A model generated the notes under the pieces. The model had not been told where the DNA came from and did not search any database. It was given only the letters and a program-made list of their open reading frames with translations. From the NCBI GenBank assembly GCA_037130265.1, contig JBAXTI010000001.1:235086-299085 (forward strand): a stretch of 64,000 nucleotides of DNA. Reading direction: 5' to 3'. This document shows positions 18,870 to 28,777 of the stretch, one piece after another. Source of the stretch: a bacterium. Its GTDB lineage: Bacteria > Patescibacteriota > Minisyncoccia > Phycocordibacterales > JBBTRF01. A program made the position numbers and the translations under genes. The first letter of the stretch is position 1, and the number at the start of each line of letters is the position of its first letter.

Positions 18870-20450
18870 TTATTTCGTAACTAATGAATAACACTCGATC
18901 TGGTCGCCTGGCGCGATCTCTATCTTCGATTCGATCATGGTGCCAAACTCGCTGTCTTTGTTGACCTCGCTGACTTTTTCTTTCTTCTGCTGGAGTTCGC
19001 GGATCTTGCCCTTGCCGATCTCGCTGTCGCGACGCATGATGCGCACGTCTGCGCCAATGTTCACAATGCCACCGAGTACTCGACCGCCGACAACCTGCTT
19101 GTCCTTGGTCTTGCTAAAGATTTTGAGAATCTTCGCGGTGCCAGTGACTTCTTCGGCGGTGACCTTCGGTACATTTTTTGCGACTACTGCCTCAATCCAT
19201 TCAATGAGCTTGTAGATGATGTCGAACGAATACATTTCGACGTTTAAACGTTCTCCCATCATCCTAGCCTGAGTGTCGATCGCCACGTTGAAACCGAGAA
19301 TCTTGGTGCCTGGCTGGACAACGGCCATCTTTACGTCCGCTTCGGTGATCGTGCCGACGCCCGACTGCACGAGCTTGATCTGTACTTTGTCGTTTTTGAT
19401 CTTGGCAATTTCATGCTGGATTGCTTCCATGGTGCCGGACACATCGGCTTTGATGATGAGAGTGATGGTCACTTTTTCATTTGCGTCGATGGCACCGCTG
19501 CCATTTTTTGCAACCGTCTTTGCTGCCATCTTTTTTGCCACGGCCACTGCGACCACTGCTTCAGCATCACGCTTGTTGTCGAAGACACGGAAGATTTCGC
19601 CAATGGTGGGAGTGGAGTCGAACCCGAGCAGCTTCACTGGGCTAGAAAAATGCGCCTCCTCTATGCGTGCGCCAGTGAAATCCTCAATCGCTCGCACTGG
19701 GGTGAGGCTGGTGTCACAAACCACAAAGGTGCCTTTTTTCAAAGTGCCGTCTTTGATAATGAGAGTGCCAGAAATACCTTTGCGTGGATCGAGCTTGCTT
19801 TCGATGACAATTCCTTCCGCCTTTTTCGAAAGATCTCCCTTGAGTTCCGCCAATTCGGCAGTGAGGAGGATGAGGTCGAGCAACTCGGGAACACCCTCGC
19901 CGGTTTTGCCAGAAATACCTACCCAAGAGATCTGGCCACCGTAGCCTTCGATGTAGATCTCATGTTCAGCAAGGCTTTGTTTGGTGCGTTCGAGGTTGGC
20001 CTTCGGTGAATCCATTTTGTTGATACCGACGATGTATGGAATACCGGCTTCTTTAATGCAGTTGAGTGCTTCGACGGTTTGCGGCTTCACCCCCTCTTCT
20101 GCAGAAACAATGAGGATGGCGATATCGGCGACATTAGCGCCACGAACACGGATACCCTTGAAGGCGGCGTGGCCGGGGGTGTCGAGGAAGGTAATGAAAT
20201 TCTTTTTCGTGCCACGCGTGTGACAGACCTCGTATGCAGCGATGTGTTGGGTGATGCCGCCGGCTTCTTTGGCGCAGGTATTGGTCTTACGGATATAATC
20301 GAGCAAGGTCGATTTGCCGTGGTCGATGTGCCCCATAACAGCGACGACTGGTGGTCGCTCAATGATCGTCGCTGAAATTGCTGGGGTTTTTTTAGACATG
20401 GAAATTGGGGTGTTGTTTTGAGGGTGGTGACAGCCTTCGGCGTGTCGCAC
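18870..20450 (-). CDS. infB: translation initiation factor IF-2 (short form, G-domain onward)
   Basis: P-loop VAVMGHIDHGKSTLLD, DTPGHAAF, NKMD, and C-terminal beta-barrel domains (GTAKILKIFS..., IRELQQKKEKV). Confidence 0.9.
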   Translation of the reverse strand: MRHAEGCHHPQNNTPISMSKKTPAISATIIERPPVVAVMGHIDHGKSTLLDYIRKTNTCAKEAGGITQHIAAYEVCHTRGTKKNFITFLDTPGHAAFKGIRVRGANVADIAILIVSAEEGVKPQTVEALNCIKEAGIPYIVGINKMDSPKANLERTKQSLAEHEIYIEGYGGQISWVGISGKTGEGVPELLDLILLTAELAELKGDLSKKAEGIVIESKLDPRKGISGTLIIKDGTLKKGTFVVCDTSLTPVRAIEDFTGARIEEAHFSSPVKLLGFDSTPTIGEIFRVFDNKRDAEAVVAVAVAKKMAAKTVAKNGSGAIDANEKVTITLIIKADVSGTMEAIQHEIAKIKNDKVQIKLVQSGVGTITEADVKMAVVQPGTKILGFNVAIDTQARMMGERLNVEMYSFDIIYKLIEWIEAVVAKNVPKVTAEEVTGTAKILKIFSKTKDKQVVGGRVLGGIVNIGADVRIMRRDSEIGKGKIRELQQKKEKVSEVNKDSEFGTMIESKIEIAPGDQIECYSLVTK

Positions 20451-20456
20451 GCTCTC

Positions 20457-20942
20457 TTATTGAATTGTCAGCGCGTGTTTTGCTTTGGAGATAGCCTCCT
20501 CTTCTTCCGGTGAGAGCTCGAATTCGGAAATGAAATTCTTAAGGGGCTTCGCGAAGATGCCGAGGCGGTCTCGGGCATTGAGAGTGGAGATCACGACGCC
20601 ATCACCTTTTTCGTTGAGGTAGGCTGTCGCGAAGCTCATGTTGCCACCCGCGCCGATGCCTTTGAAGGCGTTGAAACGCACGGTCTCAACGGCGCGGGTG
20701 CTTCTCGCGAGGCGTCGCTCCACAAGTGTGAGATACTTCTCCATCTCTTGCTGAAACTCCTCACTTTCCTCCAACCCTTTTTTGATATGGAGTACAGTGT
20801 CTTCGAGACTCTTGGCGTTTTTGCCGACAAGTAATCGATGGACGCGGACTTCCAAGTGGACAATGAGCACAATGAGTATCAGGGCAATGCCGGAAACTGC
20901 GTACAAAAGCAGGTTCAAAGGAATTGAACTAACATCAAAAGT
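20457..20942 (-). CDS. DUF4446-like membrane protein
   Basis: An N-terminal TM segment (LLLYAVSGIALILIVLIVHL) is followed by a region resembling DUF4446 proteins. The probable start is the internal Met (MTFDVSS) at 20942. Confidence 0.45.
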   Translation of the reverse strand, partial: TFDVSSIPLNLLLYAVSGIALILIVLIVHLEVRVHRLLVGKNAKSLEDTVLHIKKGLEESEEFQQEMEKYLTLVERRLARSTRAVETVRFNAFKGIGAGGNMSFATAYLNEKGDGVVISTLNARDRLGIFAKPLKNFISEFELSPEEEEAISKAKHALTIQ

Positions 20943-20991
20943 CATCTCGATACTATACCTCTTTTGTTGACTTTTTGCAAAAAGCGACGTT

Positions 20992-22395
20992 GTGGGATAC
21001 CATCTTGGTATGTTGGATTTCCTCAATAGATTGGCCAAAAAAGGTAAGATGAGAGGTGTTCCGACATTTCTCAATCGTCGCGTATATTTGGATTATGCTG
21101 CACTGACGCCACCAGATGTCCGTGTGTCGCGCGAAGTGGCGCAGACTGTGCAGCGATATTTTGCCAACCCGTCGGCTATTCATGCTGATGGTGTCCAGGC
21201 TCGAAAAGCGCTGGCGAGTGCCCGTTCTCGTGTTGCCAAAGTGTTGGGTGCACAGGCCGACGAGGTGTTGTTTGTCGCCACGGGTACCGAGGCGAACAAT
21301 CTCGCGATCTTTGGTTTGTTCAAAAAATTGGTGATGCCTAAAATACTCGGTGGCTTCGGCCTCAAGCCGAGTGACTTGCATTGTCTCGTGTCCGAGATCG
21401 AGCATGCTTCGGTGCTGGAATCAGCTCGACATCTCGCGGAGGTTGGCGTGAATGTTGAATATGTCTCGATCGATGCCTCGGGTCGCATTGATGTTGCGGA
21501 ATTGCGCAAGAAACTTCGGCCGAATACGTTTTTGGTATCCGTGATGTCGGCAAACAATGAGATAGGTACCATCCAGCCGGTCGATGAGGTGGCGAAAGCA
21601 GTGCGCAAGGCACGAAAAGAAAATGTGCTCGCGGGAATGGTCACGGGTGCTGTTGGTGAGACAGGTCACGCTGCATCGGCGCCGATGTTTCCGTTGTTGC
21701 ATTGCGATGCAAGTCAATCGCCACTGTATATGAAGCTGTCGACACCAGGATTTGGTGCAGACATGATCACGCTCGATAGTCACAAGGTCTGTGGACCGCG
21801 AAGTGTCGGTGTGTTGTGGGTGCGACGCGGCATTGAGCTAATGTCGATCCTCTATGGTGGCGGACAGGAGCATGGCGTGCGTTCGGGTACCGAAAATGTG
21901 CCAGGGGTGACGGGGATGGCGAAAGCGCTCGAGCTTGCCGAAGGCTTGCGAGAGCGCGAGGTGGAGAGACTCACTGAATTGCGAAGTTATTTCATTGTGC
22001 GCGCGCAAGAAATGATCGCCGAAAAAGCTTCACACGTCAAAATGTTTCTCAATGGTTCGTCCAATGTCGATGCACTGCATCAGTCGCCACATATTGTGAG
22101 CTTTTCGTTTGAAAAAACAGAGGGTATGATTGATCACGAGTTTTTGTTGTTGAAATTGGATGCGCGCGGCGTTGCGTGCTCCACCAAGAGCGCTTGTCTT
22201 CGCGACGAGGACGAGTCCTACGTGATCCGCGCGCTCCGCCGCGCCCAAGCTGCCGCAATCGCCAACGGCACCTTGTCTGCCGCCACTGTTCCATCGACCC
22301 CGCATGCTCTCCGTTTTTCCTTTGGCCGCTGGACGACCAAGCGAGAAATCGACCGTGCTCTCACTGCGCTTGTTGAGTCGCTTCGTTCTATTTGA
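20992..22395 (+). CDS. cysteine desulfurase (class V aminotransferase, NifS/IscS/SufS family)
   Basis: VYLDYAALTPP, ATGTEANNLAIFG, SHKVCGPRSVGVLWVRRG (PLP-Lys region) and a GGGQEHGVRSGTENVPGVTGM active-site loop. The true start may be an internal Met (MRGVPTF...). Confidence 0.8.
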   Translation: MGYHLGMLDFLNRLAKKGKMRGVPTFLNRRVYLDYAALTPPDVRVSREVAQTVQRYFANPSAIHADGVQARKALASARSRVAKVLGAQADEVLFVATGTEANNLAIFGLFKKLVMPKILGGFGLKPSDLHCLVSEIEHASVLESARHLAEVGVNVEYVSIDASGRIDVAELRKKLRPNTFLVSVMSANNEIGTIQPVDEVAKAVRKARKENVLAGMVTGAVGETGHAASAPMFPLLHCDASQSPLYMKLSTPGFGADMITLDSHKVCGPRSVGVLWVRRGIELMSILYGGGQEHGVRSGTENVPGVTGMAKALELAEGLREREVERLTELRSYFIVRAQEMIAEKASHVKMFLNGSSNVDALHQSPHIVSFSFEKTEGMIDHEFLLLKLDARGVACSTKSACLRDEDESYVIRALRRAQAAAIANGTLSAATVPSTPHALRFSFGRWTTKREIDRALTALVESLRSI

Positions 22396-22408
22396 TACAA
22401 TACAAGAC

Positions 22409-23194
22409 ATGGAAGAGCTTTCGAAACACCAAATCGTCCTCGTGACGCTATTGGTGAGTTTCATTACCTCGGTAGCCACTGGCATCGTGACGGTTTCTCT
22501 TGTCGAGCAAGCACCCCAGGGTGTGACGCAGACCATCAATCGTGTTATCGAACGTACGGTGGAGAAGGTGGTGCCGGGTGGTATGCCAGCGACAGTGATC
22601 ATTTCTCAAGATGGCAGTCGGGCTAATGCGGAAGATCTCGTTGTTTCAGCAGTAGAGAAGAATGCCAAGAGTTTGGTGCGCATCAAAGGTACGGTCAATG
22701 CCGATCCGCCAACATTCGCTGGCCTGGGTCTCGTGGTCTCAAAAGATTGGATTGTTGCCGACAAGAGTATCGTCGTGGAGGGCGGCTCGTATCTCGCAGT
22801 GATGTCGGATGGCAAAATCCTCGACCTTGATCTTGTTGCTCGCAACGAAGTGATCAAGATCGCGGTGTTCAAGGCACGTCTCGATCCGAAGCTCGACTAT
22901 CAGTTGAAGCCGATTAAAATGGGGGACTCCAATTCGGTGAAGATCGGCCAGGATGTGATTGTGCTCGCTGGAGCCGAACGAAACGTCATCTCTCGCAGTA
23001 CCATCACTGGTCTCATCACCAATTCCGACGGCACCCCTTCGAACATCGAGACTGACTCGCTGCTCAACTATAGTGCTGAGCCACTCATCGCCCTCAATGG
23101 TGAGGTGGTGGGTATCAAGACTCGTCGCGAGGGCGTCAATCCAGCCGACTTTCTTCCGATCAATAGTTTGGCTGATATGTTGAAAGGTCTTTGA
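22409..23194 (+). CDS. membrane-anchored trypsin-like (HtrA/S1C-like) domain protein, apparently catalytically inactive
   Basis: A TM anchor (IVLVTLLVSFITSVATGIVTVSLV) is followed by an HtrA-like domain. GLGLVVSKDWIVADKSIV aligns with GSGFIISxDGYILTNNHVV, with the His position as Lys. SAEPLIALNGEVVGIKT aligns with GNSGGPLVNxxGEVIGINT, with the Ser position as Ala. Confidence 0.45.
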   Translation: MEELSKHQIVLVTLLVSFITSVATGIVTVSLVEQAPQGVTQTINRVIERTVEKVVPGGMPATVIISQDGSRANAEDLVVSAVEKNAKSLVRIKGTVNADPPTFAGLGLVVSKDWIVADKSIVVEGGSYLAVMSDGKILDLDLVARNEVIKIAVFKARLDPKLDYQLKPIKMGDSNSVKIGQDVIVLAGAERNVISRSTITGLITNSDGTPSNIETDSLLNYSAEPLIALNGEVVGIKTRREGVNPADFLPINSLADMLKGL

Positions 23195-23227
23195 CTTGCC
23201 GTCGGAAGGCGAATATAGTTACCACAT

Positions 23228-26026
23228 ATGCCTCCACTCAACCATTTCACTACCAAAGCCAAAGAAGCCATCCGGCGAGCTCATGAGCTCGCTATTGAGC
23301 GCGGACAGAATCATGTAAACCCGATACACCTCCTCATTTCTCTCGTGTTGCAAGAGGAGAGCATGGTGATTTCAATTTTGGATAAATTGGAGGTGGACAC
23401 GGTGCTTTTGACCGATTCTTTGCTCGATGCGATCGAGTCTCCTGATGGCGCCCCAGTGCTTGCGCCGTCATATCAGCTGTATCTCACTCCGGAATTGGCC
23501 CAGGCGATAGAGTCGTCGAGCAAAGTCGCGGCGGCATTGAAGGATGATTTTGTTTCGACTGAACATTTGTTCATCGCGTTACTCGAAGTGCAGGGGACGG
23601 TGAGGGAGATTATTGCAAAGTTCCGTATCGAGAAGGCTGCGGTATTGAAGGTGCTCGAAGAATTGAAGGCGACGAAGCCGAATGAATCGCATGGCCCGAA
23701 GAAGAATAAATTTATTCCTAAATACACTCGCAGCCTCACCAAGCTCGCAGCAGAGAACAAGCTCGATCCAGTAATTGGCCGAGATACTGAGACTTCGCGC
23801 CTGATTCAGATTTTGTCTCGACGTACGAAAAACAACCCGATTTTGATCGGCGAGTCTGGCGTGGGGAAGACCGCGATTGCAGAGGGGCTGGCGTTGCGCA
23901 TGGCGAGCGGGGATGTTCCAGAGTCACTCAAGGACAAGGAGCTCGTGTCGCTTGATCTCGGCTTACTTATCGCCGGTACAAAATACCGAGGTGAATTTGA
24001 AGAGCGTTTGAAGAATATTATGAAGGAGGTGGAGAAGTCGGCTGGGAAGATCATTTTGTTCATCGATGAGATCCACACTATTGTGGGTGCCGGTGCAGCG
24101 GAAGGTTCGATGGATGCATCGAACATGCTAAAGCCCGCGCTCGCTCGCGGCGAGCTTCGCGCGATCGGCGCCACCACGCTCCGCGAGTTTCAGAAACACA
24201 TCGAGAAGGACCCCGCGCTCACGCGACGCTTCCAGCCGGTGTTTGTGAGCGAGCCGAGCGCGGAGGACGCCGTGGCCATTTTGCGTGGACTGAAAGAAAA
24301 ATACGAGATCTTCCACGGCGTCAAAATCAGCGACGAAGCTATCCTCGCGTCGGTCAATTTGAGTACTCGATATATCACCGATCGTTTTTTGCCGGACAAA
24401 GCAATCGACCTCATCGACGAAGCCGCTTCACAGCTGAAAATTTCTCTCGAAAACATGCCACCGGTGCTCGAAGAGACGCGTCGAAAAATCATGCGTTTGC
24501 AGATCGAGCATGAGGCATTGAAGGGCGAAGCAAAGACCAAAAAGACCGCGAAGGCACGATTGAAGGAGATCGACAAAGAGATTGCTGACCTACGTGAGAC
24601 GACTTCGGAATTGGAATTGAAGTGGAAGAATGAAAAGGAAATCATCACTGGCATTAAGACCGCGAAGCACGAGCTCGAAGCATTGCGTCTCGAGGCAGAG
24701 CAGGCAGAGGCGCGTGCCGACCTCGCAAAAGCGGCAGAGATTCGCTATGGCAAAATCCCAGCTGTCGAGAAGGAGCTCGAAAACAAGAGCAAGCGTCTGA
24801 AAAAGCTTCAGACCGGACGACGTATTTTGAAAGAGGAGATTACTGAGTCAGATATCGCTGACATCGTGTCGCGCTGGACGGGTATTCCAGTGAACCGCAT
24901 GCTCGAAGAAGAGATGAAGAAGCTCGCGCGTATGGAGGAGTTTTTGCACAAGCGAATCATCGGCCAGGATGAGGCGGTGAAGAAAATCTCGGACACTATT
25001 AAGCGTTCGCGTGTCGGCATTGCCGATCCCAATCGTCCGATCGGTTCATTCATCTTCCTCGGACCGACCGGTGTGGGCAAGACCGAGCTCACCAAGGCAC
25101 TCGCAGAGTTTATGTTCGACGACGAAAAGGCGTTGCTCCGCGTGGACATGTCTGAATACATGGAAAAGCATTCCGTTTCGAAGATTATCGGCGCACCACC
25201 AGGCTATGTTGGTCACGATGAGGCCAATAGCTTTGCTGAGCAGGTGCGACATCGTCCGTACTCGGTGGTTCTGTTTGATGAAATCGAGAAGGCCCATCCG
25301 GATGTGTTCAATATTTTGCTCCAAGTGCTCGACAATGGGCGACTCACTGACACTAAGGGACGCGTGATCAATTTCAAAAATACGATCATCATCATGACCT
25401 CGAACATCGGCGCGCAATTCATCGACAAGATGGAGCGTATCGGTTTTAGCGGCGGCACTACCGAGAAGCAGCAGTATGAAGACGTGAAGGAAAAAGTGAT
25501 GACGAGCTTGAAGGATTATTTCCGACCAGAATTTTTGAATCGTCTCGATGACGTGTTGGTGTTCGATGTACTTTCACAGGCAGCGATTGGCGACATTGTG
25601 AATATCCAGGTGGAGGTTGTGAAGAAGCGTTTGGCGGAGAAGGAGATCAAGCTCGAGCTCTCGCCGGATGTGTTCGCAGTGCTCGCGAAGGAGGGATACA
25701 ATCCGCAGTATGGCGCGCGTCCATTGAAGCGCTTGATTCAAACCAAGATTTTGACGCCGATTGCATCACTTATGATCGCGCATAACATGATGCGTGGCGG
25801 GACGGTGTTGGTGAAGCTGGTGAGTGGTGCGAGTGCGGGAGCGGCTACGAACAGCACGAAGCCCTCAGCGGAGATTGCTGGCGCTGGCACCGCAACAGCT
25901 GCTATAAGCGAGTTTACGTTTGAGGTGAAGCCGTCGGCTGAAAGTGCGAAGAAGGCGCGCAAGAGCGGGGTGGTGGTTTCTGGAGGCGCCGCTACGCCAG
26001 CAGGGAAGGAGAAGATGGGGGCGTAG
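23228..26026 (+). CDS. clpB: ATP-dependent chaperone ClpB (Hsp100: two AAA+ modules plus a middle coiled-coil) with a low-complexity C-terminal tail
   Basis: Clp N-domain, D1 Walker [16 protein letters not shown], an M-domain coiled-coil ([43 protein letters not shown]), D2 Walker [18 protein letters not shown], and sensor-2 GARPLKR. Confidence 0.9.
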   Translation: MPPLNHFTTKAKEAIRRAHELAIERGQNHVNPIHLLISLVLQEESMVISILDKLEVDTVLLTDSLLDAIESPDGAPVLAPSYQLYLTPELAQAIESSSKVAAALKDDFVSTEHLFIALLEVQGTVREIIAKFRIEKAAVLKVLEELKATKPNESHGPKKNKFIPKYTRSLTKLAAENKLDPVIGRDTETSRLIQILSRRTKNNPILIGESGVGKTAIAEGLALRMASGDVPESLKDKELVSLDLGLLIAGTKYRGEFEERLKNIMKEVEKSAGKIILFIDEIHTIVGAGAAEGSMDASNMLKPALARGELRAIGATTLREFQKHIEKDPALTRRFQPVFVSEPSAEDAVAILRGLKEKYEIFHGVKISDEAILASVNLSTRYITDRFLPDKAIDLIDEAASQLKISLENMPPVLEETRRKIMRLQIEHEALKGEAKTKKTAKARLKEIDKEIADLRETTSELELKWKNEKEIITGIKTAKHELEALRLEAEQAEARADLAKAAEIRYGKIPAVEKELENKSKRLKKLQTGRRILKEEITESDIADIVSRWTGIPVNRMLEEEMKKLARMEEFLHKRIIGQDEAVKKISDTIKRSRVGIADPNRPIGSFIFLGPTGVGKTELTKALAEFMFDDEKALLRVDMSEYMEKHSVSKIIGAPPGYVGHDEANSFAEQVRHRPYSVVLFDEIEKAHPDVFNILLQVLDNGRLTDTKGRVINFKNTIIIMTSNIGAQFIDKMERIGFSGGTTEKQQYEDVKEKVMTSLKDYFRPEFLNRLDDVLVFDVLSQAAIGDIVNIQVEVVKKRLAEKEIKLELSPDVFAVLAKEGYNPQYGARPLKRLIQTKILTPIASLMIAHNMMRGGTVLVKLVSGASAGAATNSTKPSAEIAGAGTATAAISEFTFEVKPSAESAKKARKSGVVVSGGAATPAGKEKMGA

Positions 26027-26073
26027 TAGAGTGGTTAATTGCGAGAAAAGACTCGAGAGAATATAATTCTCTC

Positions 26074-26865
26074 ATGGCTCGTAAGTGGACAACTGAAGAA
26101 GAAAGCAACCATCGACACGAGCTGAGCGAGTTGTACGAACACGGTAACTTATCTATTGGACAGATCGCAAAGCGGCTCGGCATTGCTCAGCAGACCATTT
26201 TCAAGCGCATTCGTCGGCTCGGTCTCGTGCCTCACCCTGAGCGAAAGTCGAAGTATAGAAATACGCGGAATGACATCCATATCCCAGAAGAATATTCCGA
26301 TGAACTGGCGGAATTTATCGGGATCATGCTTGGGGACGGTCACCTGTCGCACTTTCAGGCGGTGGTTACATTGGGAACGAAAGAGGTTCCCTATGCTCGG
26401 TATGTCCGTAGGCTCATCACGAAGCTTTTTAAAGCAGAGGCGTCAATCTCGATTCGTGCTGACGGATATCGAGATGTATATCTCAGCTCGGTTGTGGTGA
26501 CAAAATGGCTACGGACACACGGTCTCGTTTCAAATAAAGTATTGGGTCAAGTCGCTCCACCAAAATGGATTTTTACGAAGCCTTCTTTCAAAGAGGCTTT
26601 TATAAGGGGAGTGTTCGATACTGATGGGTCCGTATACAAACTTCGTTTTGGCGTGCAAGTCTCATTTTCCAATCGATCCAGGCCGCTGCTCCGGTCTTTA
26701 CAATTAGCCTTAAGGCAATTACAATACACACCATCTGAGATCAGTGGATACCAGTTGTATCTCACGAAGAATTCAGACCTCAGACGCTTTCTGAAGGAGA
26801 TTTGTCCGAGGAATCCGAAGCATGTTCGTCGGTTCAGGCTCTTTCTGAAATCAGTAAAGAAGTAA
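26074..26865 (+). CDS. free-standing HTH plus double-motif LAGLIDADG homing-endonuclease-like protein
   Basis: Two LAGLIDADG motifs are present (AEFIGIMLGDGHLS and FIRGVFDTDGSVYK). The N-terminal HTH is LSIGQIAKRLGIAQQTIFKRIRRLG. The stop at 26865 is 13 nt before the tRNA-Tyr 5' end. Confidence 0.75.
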   Translation: MARKWTTEEESNHRHELSELYEHGNLSIGQIAKRLGIAQQTIFKRIRRLGLVPHPERKSKYRNTRNDIHIPEEYSDELAEFIGIMLGDGHLSHFQAVVTLGTKEVPYARYVRRLITKLFKAEASISIRADGYRDVYLSSVVVTKWLRTHGLVSNKVLGQVAPPKWIFTKPSFKEAFIRGVFDTDGSVYKLRFGVQVSFSNRSRPLLRSLQLALRQLQYTPSEISGYQLYLTKNSDLRRFLKEICPRNPKHVRRFRLFLKSVKK

Positions 26866-26878
26866 GCAGAGAACAGAA

Positions 26879-26963
26879 TGCGCAGGTACTCAAGCGGTCA
26901 ACGAGGACCGGCTGTAAACCGGTTGGCTACGCCTACGGGGGTTCGAGTCCCTCCCTGCGCACC
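26879..26963 (+). tRNA. tRNA-Tyr (anticodon GTA), long variable arm, CCA encoded
   Basis: GCGCAGGTACTCAAGCGGTCAACGAGGACCGGCTGTAAACCGGTTGGCTACGCCTACGGGGGTTCGAGTCCCTCCCTGCGCACCA. Anticodon loop CTGTAAA. Confidence 0.9.
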
Positions 26964-26974
26964 AAAATACAGCA

Positions 26975-26999
26975 AAAAAGCCCTAAAATAGGGCTTTTT
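26975..26999 (+). terminator. rho-independent terminator after tRNA-Tyr
   Basis: aaaagccctaaaatagggcttttttg. Confidence 0.7.
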
Positions 27000-27038
27000 T
27001 GCTGCGTCAGTTCAAGTTATTGAACCATTACGGCTCTA

Positions 27039-27066
27039 TTGACAAATGACATGAAGGTGATATAAT
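27039..27066 (+). promoter_or_regulatory. consensus sigma70-like promoter TTGACA-N16-TATAAT
   Basis: ttgaca at 27039-27044 and tataat at 27061-27066. The spacer is exactly 16 nt. It lies upstream of the 27167/27473 gene pair. Confidence 0.55.
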
Positions 27067-27166
27067 ACACAACAGTTAACTCGAGAAACGGGCACAACGC
27101 CCAATTCTGTTTTAGAGAGCCGTCGCTCTTTGAAATCGGTCAAATTGCAGTCAAAAACTCCTATCT

Positions 27167-27472
27167 ATGAGCGCACACCGTCCGTCAGTTCAGCCAGAAA
27201 AGGTCAAGGACTGGGTCCTTTTCCTCGGTTTCGTGTCGTTAGCTGCCGGCCTTGCCGTCAGCTGCTACATCTTCGGATTCGGAACCTCGCCGTCCGCTTC
27301 TGCGGCCGGTAAGAAGTCGCCCATTGTGCCTGTTCGCGAAATGCGTCAGGCACAGCCGTCGCCGGATCAAGCCGGTGACTTCGTGTCACGCTCAAACAGC
27401 GCGAACCGCGATACGGATCTGCCGATCGAAGTGAAGTCCACCCTGAGTGGCACACTTCAACGGCCGCAGTGA
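27167..27472 (+). CDS. hypothetical small membrane protein
   Basis: One TM helix (WVLFLGFVSLAAGLAVSCYIFGF). It is directly upstream of the 27473 gene and abuts it. Confidence 0.3.
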   Translation: MSAHRPSVQPEKVKDWVLFLGFVSLAAGLAVSCYIFGFGTSPSASAAGKKSPIVPVREMRQAQPSPDQAGDFVSRSNSANRDTDLPIEVKSTLSGTLQRPQ

Positions 27473-28651
27473 ATGTCGGTGAAATTGAACAAAAAACAAC
27501 GCAAGAAAACACAAAAAACAACCGCAACTCAGAAACGCAACTCAGAAATCCAGAAACGCATGAAAAAGTCCAGTCTCTGTCTCCTGTCCCTCGTCCTCAT
27601 CGCGCTCATCGCTACTTCGGCCCTCGCAGGTCAGAGTGTGCGGCCAGCTCCGCCGAACCTCGGCATGATCAAGTCGGCAGCGCTCCTCTGGAGCTACGCC
27701 GACTCGCAAGCCACGGAAGGCAACTTCCAGGCCTATGGCGACACCGTCCTCAACGACTGGGGCCGCACAATGGTGACAGCCAAGCTGTTGTCGCCGGAAA
27801 GCGAAACCTTTGTTGGCGACGCCGAAAAGGTGCTCGCGTTAATCAACGAGCAGAGCCTGTATTTCAGGGTGTCCTCGGCCATCGGCAAGTTCTACTACTA
27901 CGGCTCGATCAACAACGCGAAGGGTCGCCAGCTCTTCTATACGGGCGGCGAAACCAAGCTGGTTCCTGATCGCTATGGCGACTACGAGCTCGCTGACAAT
28001 GCGCGCTACTCCGTCTGGGGATTGGTGCCGGTGGTGCCGATTGCCTTCGATGGCTTGCAGTCTGCGAAAGTGGTCGTGCAAGACGCCTCTGGCAACGTGC
28101 AGACGAGCCCGCTCGAAGTGAACGACGGTTATCTCATGTTCCCGACCAACCTCGTGGACCGTGCTGGTGACCTGATCCTCACACGCACTGTGGAAGGTCA
28201 AGAGCAGCCGGAAACGCTGGCTTACGACCTCCATACAGCGAAGCCGAAGCCGCTCAGCTACGTCTACGGCGCTTCCCGTGGGCAGCTCGAAAAGCTGTTC
28301 AAGATGAACATCCAGAGCGGCGAGCCGTCCTGGAAGTTTGATGGCTGGGGCATCGGCAACACGGACTTCGTGCTGATCTTCGATGTGCAGTCTCCTCGCT
28401 CAGACCTATGGTCCCTCGAGGTCAACAAGCTCAACGATGCAAACGGCCAAGTTGCCGTGGGTGTCGTTGTCCGCTCGGCCGCAGACAGTGGCTTCGAGAA
28501 AGCGGTATATTTGCCGTTTGACGAGAAGAACAACTTCTCCAACCCGGTGAAAATCGGGTTGCCGGAAGGGAAATGGCACGTGATTCCGATCTGGCCCAGT
28601 GACCCATACCGCTATCTCTACCTTCAGTGGTGGGGCGGCGGCAAGGGCTGA
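27473..28651 (+). CDS. hypothetical secreted protein
   Basis: A signal peptide (MKKSSLCLLSLVLIALIATSALAGQ) is present after a Lys-rich leader. No recognisable catalytic motif. Confidence 0.5.
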   Translation: MSVKLNKKQRKKTQKTTATQKRNSEIQKRMKKSSLCLLSLVLIALIATSALAGQSVRPAPPNLGMIKSAALLWSYADSQATEGNFQAYGDTVLNDWGRTMVTAKLLSPESETFVGDAEKVLALINEQSLYFRVSSAIGKFYYYGSINNAKGRQLFYTGGETKLVPDRYGDYELADNARYSVWGLVPVVPIAFDGLQSAKVVVQDASGNVQTSPLEVNDGYLMFPTNLVDRAGDLILTRTVEGQEQPETLAYDLHTAKPKPLSYVYGASRGQLEKLFKMNIQSGEPSWKFDGWGIGNTDFVLIFDVQSPRSDLWSLEVNKLNDANGQVAVGVVVRSAADSGFEKAVYLPFDEKNNFSNPVKIGLPEGKWHVIPIWPSDPYRYLYLQWWGGGKG

Positions 28652-28696
28652 ACAGGCCGACTGCAATTGACTCGATTGATTCGCAGTTACAGTAAG

Positions 28697-28727
28697 CAGC
28701 GCACTCCAAGGGGTGCGCTGTTTTTTC
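28697..28727. terminator. rho-independent terminator (convergent with alr)
   Basis: cagcgcactccaaggggtgcgctg followed by ttttttc. Confidence 0.65.
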
Positions 28728-28777
28728 TTGCCTGCGCATGACTTCTCGCGGTATATCCTCCCGGCGTCGTTCGTTCT

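Noticed and set aside
18937-20375. Plus-strand ORFs inside infB (19273-19944, 19413-20009, 20079-20375 and others)
   Set aside because: They are antisense to infB, whose GTPase motifs are clear.
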